Source: Balanoglossus misakiensis
Lineage: Eukaryota; Animalia; Hemichordata
Direction: 5' to 3'
Length of the DNA stretch: 64,000 nucleotides
Assembly (NCBI GenBank): GCA_040954595.2
Contig: CM082582.2
Span: forward strand, 2,464,303-2,528,302
The notes beneath the pieces were generated by a model. The model did no database searches. It was given only the letters and a program-made list of their open reading frames with translations, and was not told the origin of the DNA. A program made the translations under genes and the position numbers. This document shows positions 51,893 through 64,000 of this stretch, one piece after another. Positions within the stretch are counted from its first letter, which is position 1, and every line of letters begins with the position of its first letter.

Positions 51893-52716
51893 TATGTGGT
51901 TGAACCACATTGAACCAAACTGTAGACTGATACCATGTTCACACTAGGTAAAACTGGAACTGTTGATGAAAAAGTCCGCGCTGAATTGAGATTATTTATA
52001 TTTGTGGGCTAGTGTAGGTCTGTTTTTGCACAATCTAAATGTGGTGTTGTGATATCATTTTGGGAGTGTGTGGTATTTTGGAAGTTCATAGATATCTAGT
52101 TGATTCAGTGTTACTGTTGTGTGAAAAGCCAGTCACTCATAACCATTGAAATGTTTCTGAAACGTCTCTGCTCAAATGCTGGCATAAAATATTACATGTG
52201 AACAGTTGAAGTGATCCTGGAACATTTCAGGGGTTCAGCTAGTGCTACTACAGTAACAGCATCAGGGGTGCTATAGAAAGCGGCGTGGCAAACTGCAATG
52301 ATGTATTTGCAAACAGAATAGTGCGATGGACCTTGAAAAACACCCCAGTTGAGAATTAGTTCTTGCCACAGAGAATTTGAAACACCATAGTTGACCCCTA
52401 AAAATACTGCTTGCAGCAGACCTCTCCGTGTCTGTAAGTTTATCTTTGTGGAAGAATTGACATTAGGAATATCTTGTTTGCACCAAGAATCCATTTTATT
52501 TCAACAAAATTCGTTATTTTAAAAAGATATTTCTATTAAAAGTTGTTACTTACCAAAAACCCAGGCTGTCTATCGTTATTTTGTTGCACGTAATTGAAAT
52601 ACAGTTTCACACAATTTTTTTAAGTTCCCGCATGCACCGCATGTGAAAAATTAAATATCAAACGCTAGCCCTGAGCGATGACTCTGTATAAAACATTGGT
52701 CAATACGAACACTTAC

Positions 52717-52815
52717 CTGTCCTGGGTATTTACCCCTTGCATTGACATCATATCCATCAGATATCAGCGACTGAATCTTTGCAACATCACCCTTCACTGC
52801 GGCATTGATTAGATT
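52717..52815 (-). CDS. N-terminal capping ankyrin exon (first visible exon of the ROCO gene)
   Basis: gttacag|NLINAAVKGDVAKIQSLISDGYDVNARGKYPGQ|gtaagt; 99 bp, phase 0. Confidence 0.85.
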
Positions 52816-53347
52816 CTGTAACATTCAACAATCAACATTTCTTTCATCAAAATATTCTCAAAATGCAATCATAAACAGCAGTAATATAAAAGGAAAACAT
52901 TGAAATCTTCATTAATGAAAAATTATGAAGCCAAAACATGATCATGTACGCCAATTTGAATACAAAATGATGACATCATGTTGTGAGAAAACAAAGACAA
53001 CACAATCACTCTTCTCCAAGACAAAGCAGCAAGATCTCCAAAGGGCAACAGGAAAACAGAAATACAAAACCGGTGCTGGCACTCTCAGGGAAAATAGACA
53101 TAGCCTGTCCACAACATTTCCAGGAATTTTCAACAACAAAAAGACAATTTGGATTCACCTCCTATTGATGTGTTGGTACCCCCTGGAAATTTAATTGTCA
53201 AAGGGGCACCTGAGTGCCCTTTAAAATGATGTTACTCACATGTTGAAGATATAACATTCCCCCTTGCCAGAGTGGAATCACCCTCAAATATTCTGGCGAA
53301 GGGGGACATATACCCCCTGCTGATACCATCCTGAATAAAACACTGTC

Positions 53348-53350
<3 letters not shown>

Positions 53351-53394
<44 letters not shown>
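53351..53394. repeat. (AT)n microsatellite
   Basis: About 22 uninterrupted AT units. Confidence 0.95.
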
Positions 53395-53396
<2 letters not shown>

Positions 53397-54487
53397 AAGA
53401 AAATGAGACAAAAGCCCCCCTAGCTCCTAATTTACAAAAACTGGGACAGTTAATGCCATAATACAAATATAAATTTGTGAAACACACCACGCTGGATTGA
53501 GGTAGAAGTAAGGCTTTTAATACCCAAACAAGAAACTCGCTTAACAAAACTTAATAAATTACAGAGAAAAACACAAGTGTCAATAAATGAACAATAAAAC
53601 TAAAATACACTAGTCTAGCTATTCAAAGTAAAAAAAACGCTAATCTAAAATTGGGAGGGGGCCCCTTCAGTCAAGCGGTCGAACCTGGCCCTGTGGGTGA
53701 ATCCATCCTGACAGGCCGAAATGTGAGGGAGGTTGTGCACTTCCCGAGAGATGGGGGTCAGGATGGAATCCAAGCCGGGTCAGGATGGAATCCAAGGCCG
53801 ACCGCAGGAATGAAGGGGAGAAAGGAAAGGTGGAAGAACGGGGTGGAGGTGGGAAAGACGACGTGACCTGGCTCAAGCAGAGAACTGAAAGAATGAATGA
53901 ATGAATGGGGAAACAAAGGACGCCCAGTCTGACGCTAAGGGCCGTGTGCACAGGCCAAGCTGATTGGTCAGAAACGAAGCAGTAAAGGTCAGCACCAACG
54001 GCGCTGATTGGTCGAGGAAATGTAGGTGGGGCTAGTGAAGACCACCTCGGTGTGTTCACAAAAAGCATCTGTGACACAACACAGATTTTACTTTGTGAAA
54101 CACACCACGCTGGATTGAGGTAGAAGTAAGGCTTTTAATACCCAAACAAGAAACTCGCTTAACAAAACTTAATAAATTACAGGGAAAAACACAAGTGTCA
54201 ATAAATGAACAATAAAACTAAAATACACTAGTCTAGCTATTCAAAATAAAAAAAAACGCTAATCTAAAATTGGGAGGGGGCCCCTTCAGTCAAGCGGTCG
54301 AACCTGGCCCTGTGGGTGAATCCATCCTGACAGGCCGAAATGTGAGGGAGGTTGTGCACTTCCCGAGAGATGGGGGTCAGGATGGAATCCAAGGCCCAAA
54401 CGAAGGAAGAATGACTGAAGTTGACCCCCAAAATAAAGGGAAGTGGAATAGAGGAAATGGGGTGAGATGTTGGAAATGGTGGGAGTG

Positions 54488-54830
54488 GGATCCTGGGGGA
54501 CGGGTCGACCGTGCGAGCCCAGGTGGGAGCGTGGAATGAATGAGCCCAAGGGATCATAACATGATGCGGCTTGGGGGGGAGGGGGGTCCTGGGGGACGGG
54601 TCGACCGTGCGAGCCCAGGTGGGAGCGTGGAATGAATGAGCCCAAGGGATCATAACATGATGCGGCTTGGGGGGGAGGGGGGTCCTGGGGGACGGGTCGA
54701 CCGTGCGAGCCCAGGTGGAAACAGGTGGAACGAATGAGACAATGGAAAGATGTCGCCCAAGGGAACATAAAATGATGCGGCTTGGGTGGGTGTGGTCCTG
54801 GGGGACGGGTTGACCGTACGAGCCCAGGTG
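54488..54830. repeat. ~96-bp G-rich tandem repeat (3.5 units) inside the Ngaro 3' region
   Basis: tcctgggggacgggtcgaccgtgcgagcccaggtgg recurs at about 54491, 54587, 54683 and 54796. Confidence 0.85.
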
Positions 54831-54894
54831 GCATTGTGGTAAAACAAGAGAATGGAGGTAAACTTAACAGAAGGCAAGCGCGAGAAGAAACACT

Positions 54895-55953
54895 CTAATG
54901 ACTGGCAAGCACATGAAAAGCGTGACGCAAGGAGGTCTCGGAGGTTCTAATATACAACTGGTAACAGTCACTAGACCATCTACCTAAGTACTGAATTAGG
55001 TGATCGGGGATGCGAGACGAAGCAGCCATTGTTGCTGCCCCTATTCGGAAGGAATGTCCGGCGAATAGGTTGGCCTGAAGGCCGAGTCGTGCCAGTACAG
55101 TACGAAGCGAAGTTATGAAAGTGTGACGGTCCATAGGGAGTCTGTCCGGCAGGAGAAACAGCGGTTCGCTCGGTGAGGCCTGCATAAGTTGGCGGACGGT
55201 AACAAACCGAAGTAGCATAGAGACTGGGCAAATCTGCGTATATGTTGGGAATAGGCGCAAGTCGAATCCACGACGCAATTGGTCAGTTTTGGACATCTTG
55301 ATGTGGACAGACAAAAAGTTAATGTGGGTATCCGAAGAGTTGATGCTGACGTCGCCAAGGCAGAGATTGGAACTTGCATGGAAATGTTGGGTTGTCATGG
55401 TGAATTCACTGCAACGGAGGAATCCGAAGAATGCCAGAAGGAAGGCTGCCTCTAGCAAAAGGTCAAAGTACGCGCCAAATACACCTTGACGGAGGAGGAG
55501 ACACATACGCCTGAGGATATCCGCAGTGATTGGTAAGCGTGGTCTGGTGGTAGATCCTTGCATCCGTTGAATACCCCTGAGGACGTTTTGGAGGCGTGGC
55601 AAAGACTGGCCGGTCGGTGACAGCAAGGGGTTGTGGTGACCGTACGTGATGTAGTGATTACGGATTCCTGCCAGGTAAACCTTGATCGTACTGAATTTCA
55701 GATTGAGGTTGTCCGCACAGTGGGTAACAAAATAAACCAGCAAATCTTCAGACACGGGTGGCAGGGAAGTATGGTATGAGACGTCTGCGAAGGCGCAAAA
55801 AGACACCCAGGCACGTACCCCAGACGTATACGATCCAGTGGTTCTTCGGCTTAGGGCTGCATCTTGGAACTTGCGTACGGCAGTGTTCAGTGGAACATTA
55901 CATCTGAGGGAATCCGGCAGGGAACTGGATCCGCCGCTGGGGCTTCGTTCCAA
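54895..55953 (-). CDS. Tyrosine recombinase of the Ngaro element
   Basis: Open frame with AFFGFLRCSE, KMSKTDQ, GHSFRIGAAT and LGRWSSDCYQLY (R-K-HxxR-W-Y catalytic set). Confidence 0.92.
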   Translation of the reverse strand: MERSPSGGSSSLPDSLRCNVPLNTAVRKFQDAALSRRTTGSYTSGVRAWVSFCAFADVSYHTSLPPVSEDLLVYFVTHCADNLNLKFSTIKVYLAGIRNHYITYGHHNPLLSPTGQSLPRLQNVLRGIQRMQGSTTRPRLPITADILRRMCLLLRQGVFGAYFDLLLEAAFLLAFFGFLRCSEFTMTTQHFHASSNLCLGDVSINSSDTHINFLSVHIKMSKTDQLRRGFDLRLFPTYTQICPVSMLLRFVTVRQLMQASPSEPLFLLPDRLPMDRHTFITSLRTVLARLGLQANLFAGHSFRIGAATMAASSRIPDHLIQYLGRWSSDCYQLYIRTSETSLRHAFHVLASH

Positions 55954-57445
55954 AACCGTGGCATCTGAAAACGAGAAAGGGAGTCAGCTAGAGAGTTCAG
56001 TCTGCCTGGGATGTGCTTAGCGTGGAACATAAAGTTGTGTGTAGCTGCCAGGATGACCAATCGTCGCATCAATTTCATAATGCTGGGTGATTTCGAACGC
56101 CCTTTGTTGATGATGTGAACTGTGGCCGAATTGTCGCAGTGGAAGAGGATACGTTTTCGAGTCCATAGATGGCCCCATAACAGCGCTGCCACAACAATGG
56201 GGTACTGAGCTCTTGGAAGGCTATTGACAATGTGGGGTCGGAATCAAGTTGAAGACTTTTGCTCCACCGATCTTGGAACCATTGGCCTGCGAAATAGCCC
56301 CCGTAGCCGATACCGCTCGCGTCAGTGTAGAGATCCATGTCGGAGGCAACTATCATGTTGGGGTCAAGAAACATGGATACGCCGTTCCAGCTCTCAAGAA
56401 AGTTGTGCCACATAGCAAGGTCTAGTCTACTTTCCGCAGAAATGGAGATATGATGGTCGAGCTTGTGTGTTGACTTTGATAGCTCAATTAAACGCGAAAT
56501 GAACGTGCGGCCGGGGACCACAACGCGACACGCGAAGTTTAGATGGCCAAGTAGGCTCAGCAACTGCCTTTTTGTGCAGGACTTGGGGTTGAGGAAGGAA
56601 GTGAGCAGCTCGAGGATTCTGGCTAGCTTGTCGCGAGGTAAGCACGCCTCCATTTTGACAGTGTCGAGTATGATGCCGAGATACTCCAGGGAGGTAGTTG
56701 GGCCCACAGTTTTGTGTGGGGCGATAGGGATACCGAGACAAATAAACAGCAGAGTCAGCAAAGCCATGGTGCGATCAGCATCGAAGGACGGGGGGTCAAC
56801 GGTGAGGAAATCATCCAGAAGATGGAAAATGGTATTGATGCCGTAGACGTGGTGAGCAATCCAGGATACCGCGCAAGAAAGCGAATCAAAGATCTTCGGG
56901 CTAGAACGCGAACCGAATGGGAGACGAACGAAGAAGTAGAATTGATCATCCCACTGGATACCATACAGGTGCCATAGCGACGGGTGTATAGGTATCAGTT
57001 TGAAGGCATCTACTATGTCAGTTTTGCAGAGCCACGAGCCTTTTCCTGACTTGAGGATGGCAGAAACAGCGTCGTCAATTTTAACGTAGGAAAGGCTGAA
57101 TTCCTCTTTGTCAATGAGGTCATTGATGCTAGAGATCGCGGGGTCATTGCGCGGTGAGGAGAGGTCAACGATGAGACGCTTCTTTGTAGAATACTTCTTA
57201 TCTGCCAGACCGATTGGACTGCAACGAAAATTTGCAAATGGGGGTTGGTCGAACGGGCCAGCTAGGTACCCCTTTTTCACTTCTGTATTTATCAGTTCGG
57301 AAACCGCTTCGGGCTGAGAACGCGCTGACAATAAATTGCGGCCGAAGAAGGAAGAGGAGGGTGCATTGCGGACGCCAGTGTGAAATCCCTGTTGCAGACT
57401 CGAGATGAGGTAGTTGACAAAGGCGCGGTCGGGGTGAGAGGTCAA
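55887..57445 (-). pseudogene. Ngaro reverse transcriptase / RNase H with one frameshift
   Basis: KRLIVDLS, DIVDAFKLIP, LPFGSRSSP, HLLDDF, YTDASG. The frame changes near 56205 (ELSTP instead of ELYPIV) into WGHLW...HCDNSATV...HIPGRLNSLADSLSR. Confidence 0.9.
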
Positions 57446-57496
57446 ATGGTGGGCGAGGCTGTCGATCTCAATAGGTGTGGACGGCTTGGTGGGTAG

Positions 57497-58756
57497 TCAA
57501 TTTTGGGGTCGCTGTTTGCCCGAGCACTTGCCCTGGGCTCTGCTGTGGTCGCCGGAGAAGCAGATTGAACAGCAATGGGCGAAGGAACAGTTATCTCTCT
57601 TGCAACCCGTGGGCGAATTGAAATTATTACAGAGTTCTTTACCCTGGTGGAAAACGCGGGGACGTCCTTTCCAGTCCTGTGATGACGATTGCGATGGTGC
57701 GGAGGAGGATTGCGATGGTGCGGAGTTAACCGATTTCTTGCTGCCCGGAGCAAGTTGTGGACAAATCTCAGTAGCGTGGGCTACACTTCCGCAAAGGTTG
57801 CACAGGGCAGCCCGCAGCCCGGAGAAAATAGAACAATATAAGGTGGTGTCCCGGCGTGACCAATCCACCTTAATGTTGTGGTTTAACAGCAAAGCCGCGG
57901 CCCTAGCGGAAAATGCACGGTGGTACTCATAAAAGGCCATGCCACTAAAACGACGCGACATGTCGACTATGTCCCTCTGGTATGAGTCCAATTCCTCGCG
58001 GCGATTCGGATAAACCTCGCACATAACGTTCTTGTAAACCGAGAAGGCGAGAATGAATTCTTGTATTGTGAGCGAGCGAGCAACCCGTGTATCATGCAAA
58101 GGTCGCAGCGACAGGGCCTCGTCGCCGATTACAATGTGACGCTGGCTATCGTTGAAACTGTACCCCGGAATGAGGAGGCATGCCAAATTGACATCCTTAC
58201 CTGCGAGAATATCTCGACGAAGGGAGGGTGATACCAGTTCGACGTGCGGTAAATTTTCCGAGGAAATACCGCGAGAACGGAGCAGGTCATTGGTAGCGCC
58301 AGAATGGTTGTTGTTAGTGGCCGAGCCCCGGCCGCCATCTTGGAAAGCGTTGGTGTTTTGCTCCATAGGCGGTTGTGACGTCACCGGCGATGACGTCATG
58401 GGTGCGTTGTTGCTGAACCCTGGATTTTGCTGTTCCAAGACTAAGCGCGTCAGGTTGTTGACAGAGTCTTGCAGAGATGTAAACATGGAAGTAGTTACAT
58501 AATTGTTTTGCTGCTCTTGCCTACTGCCTTGGGGGACGTCGGAAAATTCAGGACTGGAACGACGATCGGCTGGAACTTCGTTGTTGTAGCCCTGAACAGA
58601 AGTCGCACAGTTCTCAGTGACCAGTCTATTCAGATCGGTGGTACTCGGCGACGCAGACACGGCATCCGGAGTCGCTGAAGAACGGGATTGAGCTCGGGTA
58701 GTCGGTCTGACGTACGGCTGAGCTGTTGGGACTCGTGATCGACGTCTGGCGGGCAT
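57497..58756 (-). CDS. Ngaro gag-like ORF1 with C-terminal zinc fingers
   Basis: Intact 419-aa ORF; FYEYHRAFS, CNLCGSVAHATEIC, CNNFNSPTGCKRDNCSFAHCCSICFSGDH. Confidence 0.88.
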   Translation of the reverse strand: MPARRRSRVPTAQPYVRPTTRAQSRSSATPDAVSASPSTTDLNRLVTENCATSVQGYNNEVPADRRSSPEFSDVPQGSRQEQQNNYVTTSMFTSLQDSVNNLTRLVLEQQNPGFSNNAPMTSSPVTSQPPMEQNTNAFQDGGRGSATNNNHSGATNDLLRSRGISSENLPHVELVSPSLRRDILAGKDVNLACLLIPGYSFNDSQRHIVIGDEALSLRPLHDTRVARSLTIQEFILAFSVYKNVMCEVYPNRREELDSYQRDIVDMSRRFSGMAFYEYHRAFSARAAALLLNHNIKVDWSRRDTTLYCSIFSGLRAALCNLCGSVAHATEICPQLAPGSKKSVNSAPSQSSSAPSQSSSQDWKGRPRVFHQGKELCNNFNSPTGCKRDNCSFAHCCSICFSGDHSRAQGKCSGKQRPQN

Positions 58757-61592
58757 TTTTTTCTTCGGTTAGAACACGTAACGACGAAGAATGAAAACAC
58801 AGGTTGAAATGGAGGAGTTACGTAGTAAATAAAGACGACGTGACCTGGCTCAAGCAGAGAACTGAAAGAATGAATGAATGAATGGGGAAACAAAGGACGG
58901 CCAGTCTGACGCTAAGGGCCGTGTGCACAGGCCAAGCTGATTGGTCAGAAACGAAGCAGTAAAGGTCAGCACCAACGGCGCTGATTGGTCGAGGAAATGG
59001 AGGTGGGGCTAGTGAAGACCACCTCGGTGTGTTCACAAAAAGCATCTGTGACACAACACAGATTTTACGCAATAACAATGTTTCTAATATAAAGAACTAT
59101 GGTTTAGACACCCATCCGTATTTCAAATCCCATTTGAACATTGTCATGTTGTAAGATGTACCATTTTTTATCATTTTCAAAGACAGTGATGATACCGAAA
59201 AGCGTCCCCTTCTCTGTGATAGTTTTGGGAACATGCATGGATAGCTATTGACCCTGAGTGTATCACCACCAGGGGAGGGTAGAAATTCACAATCTTTCGA
59301 CATTCATATATTTTCCTTTTGTCATTCTGTATACACTTTCCTTCTGTAGTTTTTCTCTAGCAATTTATGTTTTAAGTATGTGAGAAATAACACAATAGCT
59401 TAATTACAGACACTATAATTGGTGTTCAAGAATGTGGTCGAAAAACAATTTGTTTCACTAACAACAATGACATGAATAATTTTATATCATTGCTACAAAA
59501 ATGCTGGGAGTTGTGATCGTGCCTGGGGAGTGATGACTGCTGACAGTCTAAAGCTTGAGTACCTGGGAAGGGTGCTAATTGCTCTGACTGACTCGATAAC
59601 TCTACTATTAATGTGGATTAATTAAATGTTGACAGAATGAAGAGTGCAGATATGAAGTCAAGTTTGGCCCACAAAACTTCAGTTATGTGTTCCACTATTT
59701 ATGAAAAAGCAAATTAATTTAATAACTTCACATTGCAATAGTAAACCAAGTAGTCATTACCATCACATGAATGTCGCCAAAAACCAACATGAGAACGTGG
59801 AATGAGAATTGTGTAATATTAATTGCAGCTTCCGCAATATATTTTGTTTGACCCATTATATTTACATTTTGTGCAGGGATTGTTTTGCCATTTATGGCTG
59901 TGTACAATCGAATCTGCAAAACTGATAACAGTTTCATAAATACTCTGTGTGCCATCATGATTCTGACAAATAGATGCTTATTTTTCTTTGTAGTGCAGCT
60001 TGTATTTACTTATTGACTTTTATACAGATACAGTCTTCAAAATCAAATGATTAGCTAGACGATGCAATCCCAACAAAACTAACTTGCCAGTTGAACTCAA
60101 GACTGCAACATCGTGCTATGGTGTAATTTGTGAATGAATTTCAAGGCAATGTTAATGACACAACAATGTAATGGCTTCCCAGGAAGATAAAGACCCACAG
60201 GTAAGTTACTTTTGAACTGAATTTACGCTGTCCGTCTCATCATGACCACCCATAATCTATCAACAGGTGTTTCAGAATAAATATCCGTCTGCTGAGATTT
60301 TTCTTGGTTCAAGTGGACTGAAACATTTGAACGACAAAATTTACAAATTACCACCCGGACAGAACGTGTCGCAGCAAAATTAAAGTTGTGAAAACTTGAC
60401 AAATTGTCGATGAAATTCAACACTGCAGACAGCAACTTGTAGACACGGCAATATATGTGTGCTCACATTTGCATGTTAGCTCCAATTGCAAGTCAGCTCA
60501 AACCAGCTCTGTGCTATGCGCGTTTTGTACGCCTAAAATATTAGTCCATGAATCTGACTTGTTCTACAAGACATCAAATGACTGTCCAAACATCTGTGGA
60601 AAGGTGAATCAGTCAGTCAGTCTATCCGTCAGTTGTGAGTGGGGTGTCTGTGTTGGATCGAGAGACTGTGAGTGGGGCACACAACTTTTAACAATGACAT
60701 CATGGAAACTGTTTGTTGTTTGTGCTGGACGTACAAAGTTTTTACTAGTAATAAATTGCTCGTCATATTTTATTATCACAATCCAAAGTTTTCAATCTAT
60801 GTCTGTATTACTGTATAGTCAATCATTCTCGAGTCTGATTAGCATCTCTTCAGTGGCTCACTCCACATAGATACCAATTACCATATCAACAGACAATGAC
60901 CTTTCTGACCTGTGCGAGTTCATTCAAGGTGACACAATTGTCGATTGTAAGCGAACAGTGTTTCAGCCGCACTCAGTTTAATGTCATGCTAACCTATGAT
61001 CACTTGGCTATCAGGTTTTATTGGGCCAGTGGCATGCTTGATCTAGATGTTATTTTTGGAAGCAAAGTTGACGGCTAGATACTAGACTAGGATAGTGCAT
61101 GATCACATACACGCCAAGATGAATCATTATAAACACAGAAATCATAGTGTCCTTCATAGTTGCATAGGTGTATGCAGGGACAGTTAAATTCTCTTCATCT
61201 TAATTTCATTCAAAAGCCTTGAATGCTAAATTTTCATGTTGGGATCGGTACGTAACAGCTTGAAAATGTAATTCGCCCATGCATTCAAATTTAGATAACA
61301 AGAAACAATGTTCTCTTTGTGTAGCCCTTATTAGAAAGGACAGGTATGGTCCCCTTTGGCCATAATGCCCTGACCATATCATCGATCGCCTCATGGTATC
61401 ACACAAACAAACACACAAAATGTTGAGTGGTTTACGAGGGTACTCGTTCTAAGCTATTTTCTTCATGATGTTTAGAGATGGCAAAACGTTGACAATAGCA
61501 AAGATGCTGAAAGCCAGTTACCAAACATTCTTTGAGAAATTGTGTTAAAGATGTATGATCAGTAAAATTGACCGTGTTGTTATTTCTCTTAA

Positions 61593-62387
61593 GATGGGTC
61601 CCTGGGATCTTTTTGCCCGTTGCTATGGGCCTTTATAGGACATTACACCCCGATTTGGACTAAGCCGTTTTCAGAGTCTAACAAGGGGCTGGTAACTAGT
61701 TGAAAATCTGCACGATTGTGAGCGCGCGCCCCCTGACGCCATTGATATGCAAATTAGCTAGGTCAAATTTCAAAAGCCTAAGGCTTTTTATTCCGTGACC
61801 TCAAAAACGAACTTGATACGTATTCATTAGTTGCTTGAACCAGGGAAGATCGTGACGGATTTTGTTTTCGAATATTATCGTTGTATCCTACGATTTCAGC
61901 ATACCCGTACCACACCTGAAAAAGTCATCGATTTTGGGTGTTTTTGGACGCACTCTTCCACTGGTATCGCTTCTTAACACGACGAAAACCGAAAAAACGA
62001 TCCGTCACACTATGCGGAAGTGCGTTCTCAACAAGCAGGTCAAATTTGGCTGGCCTACGTCGCCTGTGAAAAAAGCCTTAGGGATTTTTGTGAACGGTAC
62101 AAAATCTCTGTGTACAAAACATTGGATTTTTAGCGTTCGATCCAGTTACTGTGGTTACAGGACGCGCACGCTATCGCTGACCGCTGCTTTGCCGTATTAG
62201 CGTGGCGGCCTATGGCCGGGCGGTAGCTGCCGTAAACATACTCAGACAGGGGGTGTGCACACAATCGTGCGTATTTTTAACTAGTTACAAGCCCCTTGTC
62301 GGACGTTCATAACGGTTTCGATCAAAATTGAGTGTAGTGTCCTATAAAGGCCCATAGCAACGAGCAAAAAGATCCCAGGGACCCATC
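61593..62387. mobile_element. ~0.8-kb non-autonomous DNA transposon with TTAA TSD (Kolobok- or Sola3-like)
   Basis: TTAA-gatgggtccctgggatctttttgc...tataggaca and the mirror arm ending gggacccatc-TTAA. About 50 bp near-perfect TIR, extending imperfectly to ~110 bp. Confidence 0.85.
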
Positions 62388-62425
62388 TTAATTGTACATT
62401 TTTGGTTTCTCCTTAAATTAAATAT

Positions 62426-62770
62426 GGCGTTTACTGTAATTTGAATCATGGGAAAAAAAGCGCCAGGACCAACTTCCGCCCACCATGGTGTGGGTGATAA
62501 CATTCTCCGATTGGTGTCACTGGGCGACAGACTAGGCGTATTTTCATAGCTATTGTTTGTTCTTTGCATCAGTTGATAAACAATCATCAGCAAAGTCGAA
62601 AATTTGTCATCTATTGACAGTTTTCATGAGCTATAACCCATGAAAAATATGCAAATACGCTTAGCTTGTGATGCAGTGATACCAATCGGAAAATGGTATC
62701 ACCCACACCAAGGTGGGCGGAAGTTGGTCCTGGCGCTTTTTTTCCCATGATTCAAATTACAGTAAACGCC
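62426..62770. mobile_element. Palindromic MITE, ISL2EU-like (GGC termini, AT TSD)
   Basis: AT-ggcgtttactgtaatttgaatcatggg... and ...cccatgattcaaattacagtaaacgcc-AT; arms perfect for ~60 bp and imperfect further in. Confidence 0.75.
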
Positions 62771-63837
62771 ATATTGGAAATTCTGCCAACTTTCCCTAGA
62801 TTTTGTAAAAAATCGCGCGACCTATACATGGCGAATATGTTTTTTTCTGAAAGAGTGACATCAAAGCTACCAAATTATGTAGAAATCAGCTACGCCTGAT
62901 TTCTCCTTTAATAGGATAACATGGTGAAAGCAGGCGATCTGATGTCAGATGAAGCAAATTTTTCATGGTATTTTGGAGTTACTGAATGAAGCTAGACTTT
63001 GAGGATTATTTTTCAGATTTTAGGTTTGCATTTAAAAACAAAACACTTTGTTCTTTGTCCATGTAATGTCTTTAATCATTTTATATGTTTTAAATAAAAT
63101 TACCTTTTAAGTGAATTTTATTATGTGAGCAGTTTTTTGTTGATGCACGATGGGAGGAAGTGTATCGGCTTGAAATATGCATTTACCGATTTGTTGCTAT
63201 TGATCTGCTTTGAAATGCAGTTGCATCTCAAAGCAGATTAATAGTAACAAATTTACAGCAAAGGTGAATAAGAAGGAAAGGTCAAATCCTGACAATGAAG
63301 GATGACCCCAGAATTGTGACCTTTGGGGTAATTTAAATATGACCCCAAAATTATTTTGCAAATATTTGCCAACAATGATGACATAATGTATGGTAATTTC
63401 TGGAAGGGTCTGAGTTAAATATACGTAAAAATACCAGGAATGTGAACTCAACTATGCAAATGTAAATGTCTGTGATGATGATGTAATGGATGCTAATAAC
63501 ACAGTCATGCAAATAGCAAGGAAGATATGCACTGAGAATGTGTACAAATACGTTGGAATGTTTATAGTGTGCACTTGATCTGCATTGGTCTGCGTTGTGC
63601 ACACCCGTGATCTTCATAGATATACGTGCACGTATACTAACACATTGGTATGTTCCATATACGTGAATATACGTCACATATACGTGGTGCAGATTGTAGA
63701 TGTACAACTGTGCAGACTATTGTATACTTGCGCATATTCCTAATCTACGTGTCCATATACGTGAAAATACTGAATGTATATCAACCTTTTTGCCCTGTGG
63801 GGGGTATTCCGAATGTGCCCTTCCTATGATAGCTGCA

Positions 63838-63910
63838 AAAATTGTAGCCTAGATGGGCTGGTTGATCAAGCCCGTCAGCGATCAACCAGCCCACCAAAGC
63901 TACAATTATT
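63838..63910. repeat. Hairpin core of a small palindromic element
   Basis: aattgtagc..gggctggttgatc mirrored by gatcaaccagccc..gctacaatt. Confidence 0.65.
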
Positions 63911-64000
63911 GGACCTATTCTTATGATAGCTGGATCCATAGGGTAAACTGTACAAAACAAATCATTGTCAGTATAAAATGTGGTAACTTTTGGCTTTTGT

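Larger units (their letters stand above)
28800..52815 (-). pseudogene. DAPK-like ROCO gene (about 32 ankyrin repeats, ROC GTPase, COR, death domain) carrying two in-frame TGA codons; first (ATG) exon not located
   Basis: Phase-consistent exon chain: 52717-52815, 51364-51462, 50448-50546, 50181-50282, 28 array exons between 47370 and 40561, 39681-39791, 37962-38090, 37235-37519, 36802-36928, 36292-36440, 34359-34538, 28800-30059. GTPase motifs GYGGNGKTT (G1), WDFAGQTEYY (G3) and GSKAD (G4). COR motifs LHYLGE and VLDPQWLC. Confidence 0.85.
53474..59068 (-). mobile_element. Complete Ngaro-type (DIRS order) tyrosine-recombinase retrotransposon with split direct repeats A1-ORFs-B1-A2-B2
   Basis: A1 58831-59068 matches A2 53854-54091, and B1 54092-54393 matches B2 53474-53773, with only a few differences. 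Overlapping gag, RT/RNase H and YR ORFs. No TSD. Confidence 0.92.

Noticed and set aside
28800-52815. Assigning the symbol DAPK1
   Set aside because: No kinase exon is visible and the repeat number far exceeds that of DAPK1; orthology cannot be shown from this window.
54895-55953. Tyrosine recombinase as a dedicated shuffling enzyme for the ankyrin array
   Set aside because: It is an ordinary part of a complete Ngaro retrotransposon. No matching recombination sites were seen in the array units, and unequal crossover explains the pattern.
59070-64000. Search for the ROCO first exon or another gene
   Set aside because: Only short ORFs without recognisable domains and MITEs were seen; no exon could be supported.

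Overview
AT-rich animal genomic DNA with GT-AG spliceosomal introns, probably from a marine invertebrate (inferred from the TE repertoire; the species cannot be fixed from the sequence). The left third (1-24 kb) is a stack of nested mobile elements. It holds a decayed RAG1/Transib-like DDE transposase gene and a decayed multi-exon Kolobok-type transposase gene. A complete Sola1 element lies in an intron of the Kolobok-type gene, and a P-like MITE with another MITE inside it lies just upstream. A near-intact full-length Tx1/L1 LINE sits between two inverted 21-bp minisatellite arrays. The centre (28.8-52.8 kb, minus strand) is one DAPK-like ROCO gene: ankyrin repeats, ROC GTPase, COR and death domain, with no kinase exon seen. 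Its most striking part is a tandem array of 28 (+2 detached) ~245-bp units. Each unit is one phase-0 ankyrin exon plus its intron, and the units show higher-order duplications, mosaic exons and substitutions concentrated at ankyrin binding-surface positions, as expected for an exon-shuffling variable receptor. Two in-frame TGA codons interrupt the downstream ROC and COR/death-domain exons. An RTEX-like LINE lies in the last intron, and a complete Ngaro-type tyrosine-recombinase retrotransposon lies upstream of the first visible exon. Many MITEs are scattered throughout. No rRNA, tRNA or CRISPR was seen. All family assignments come from motif recognition by eye, not from database searches.
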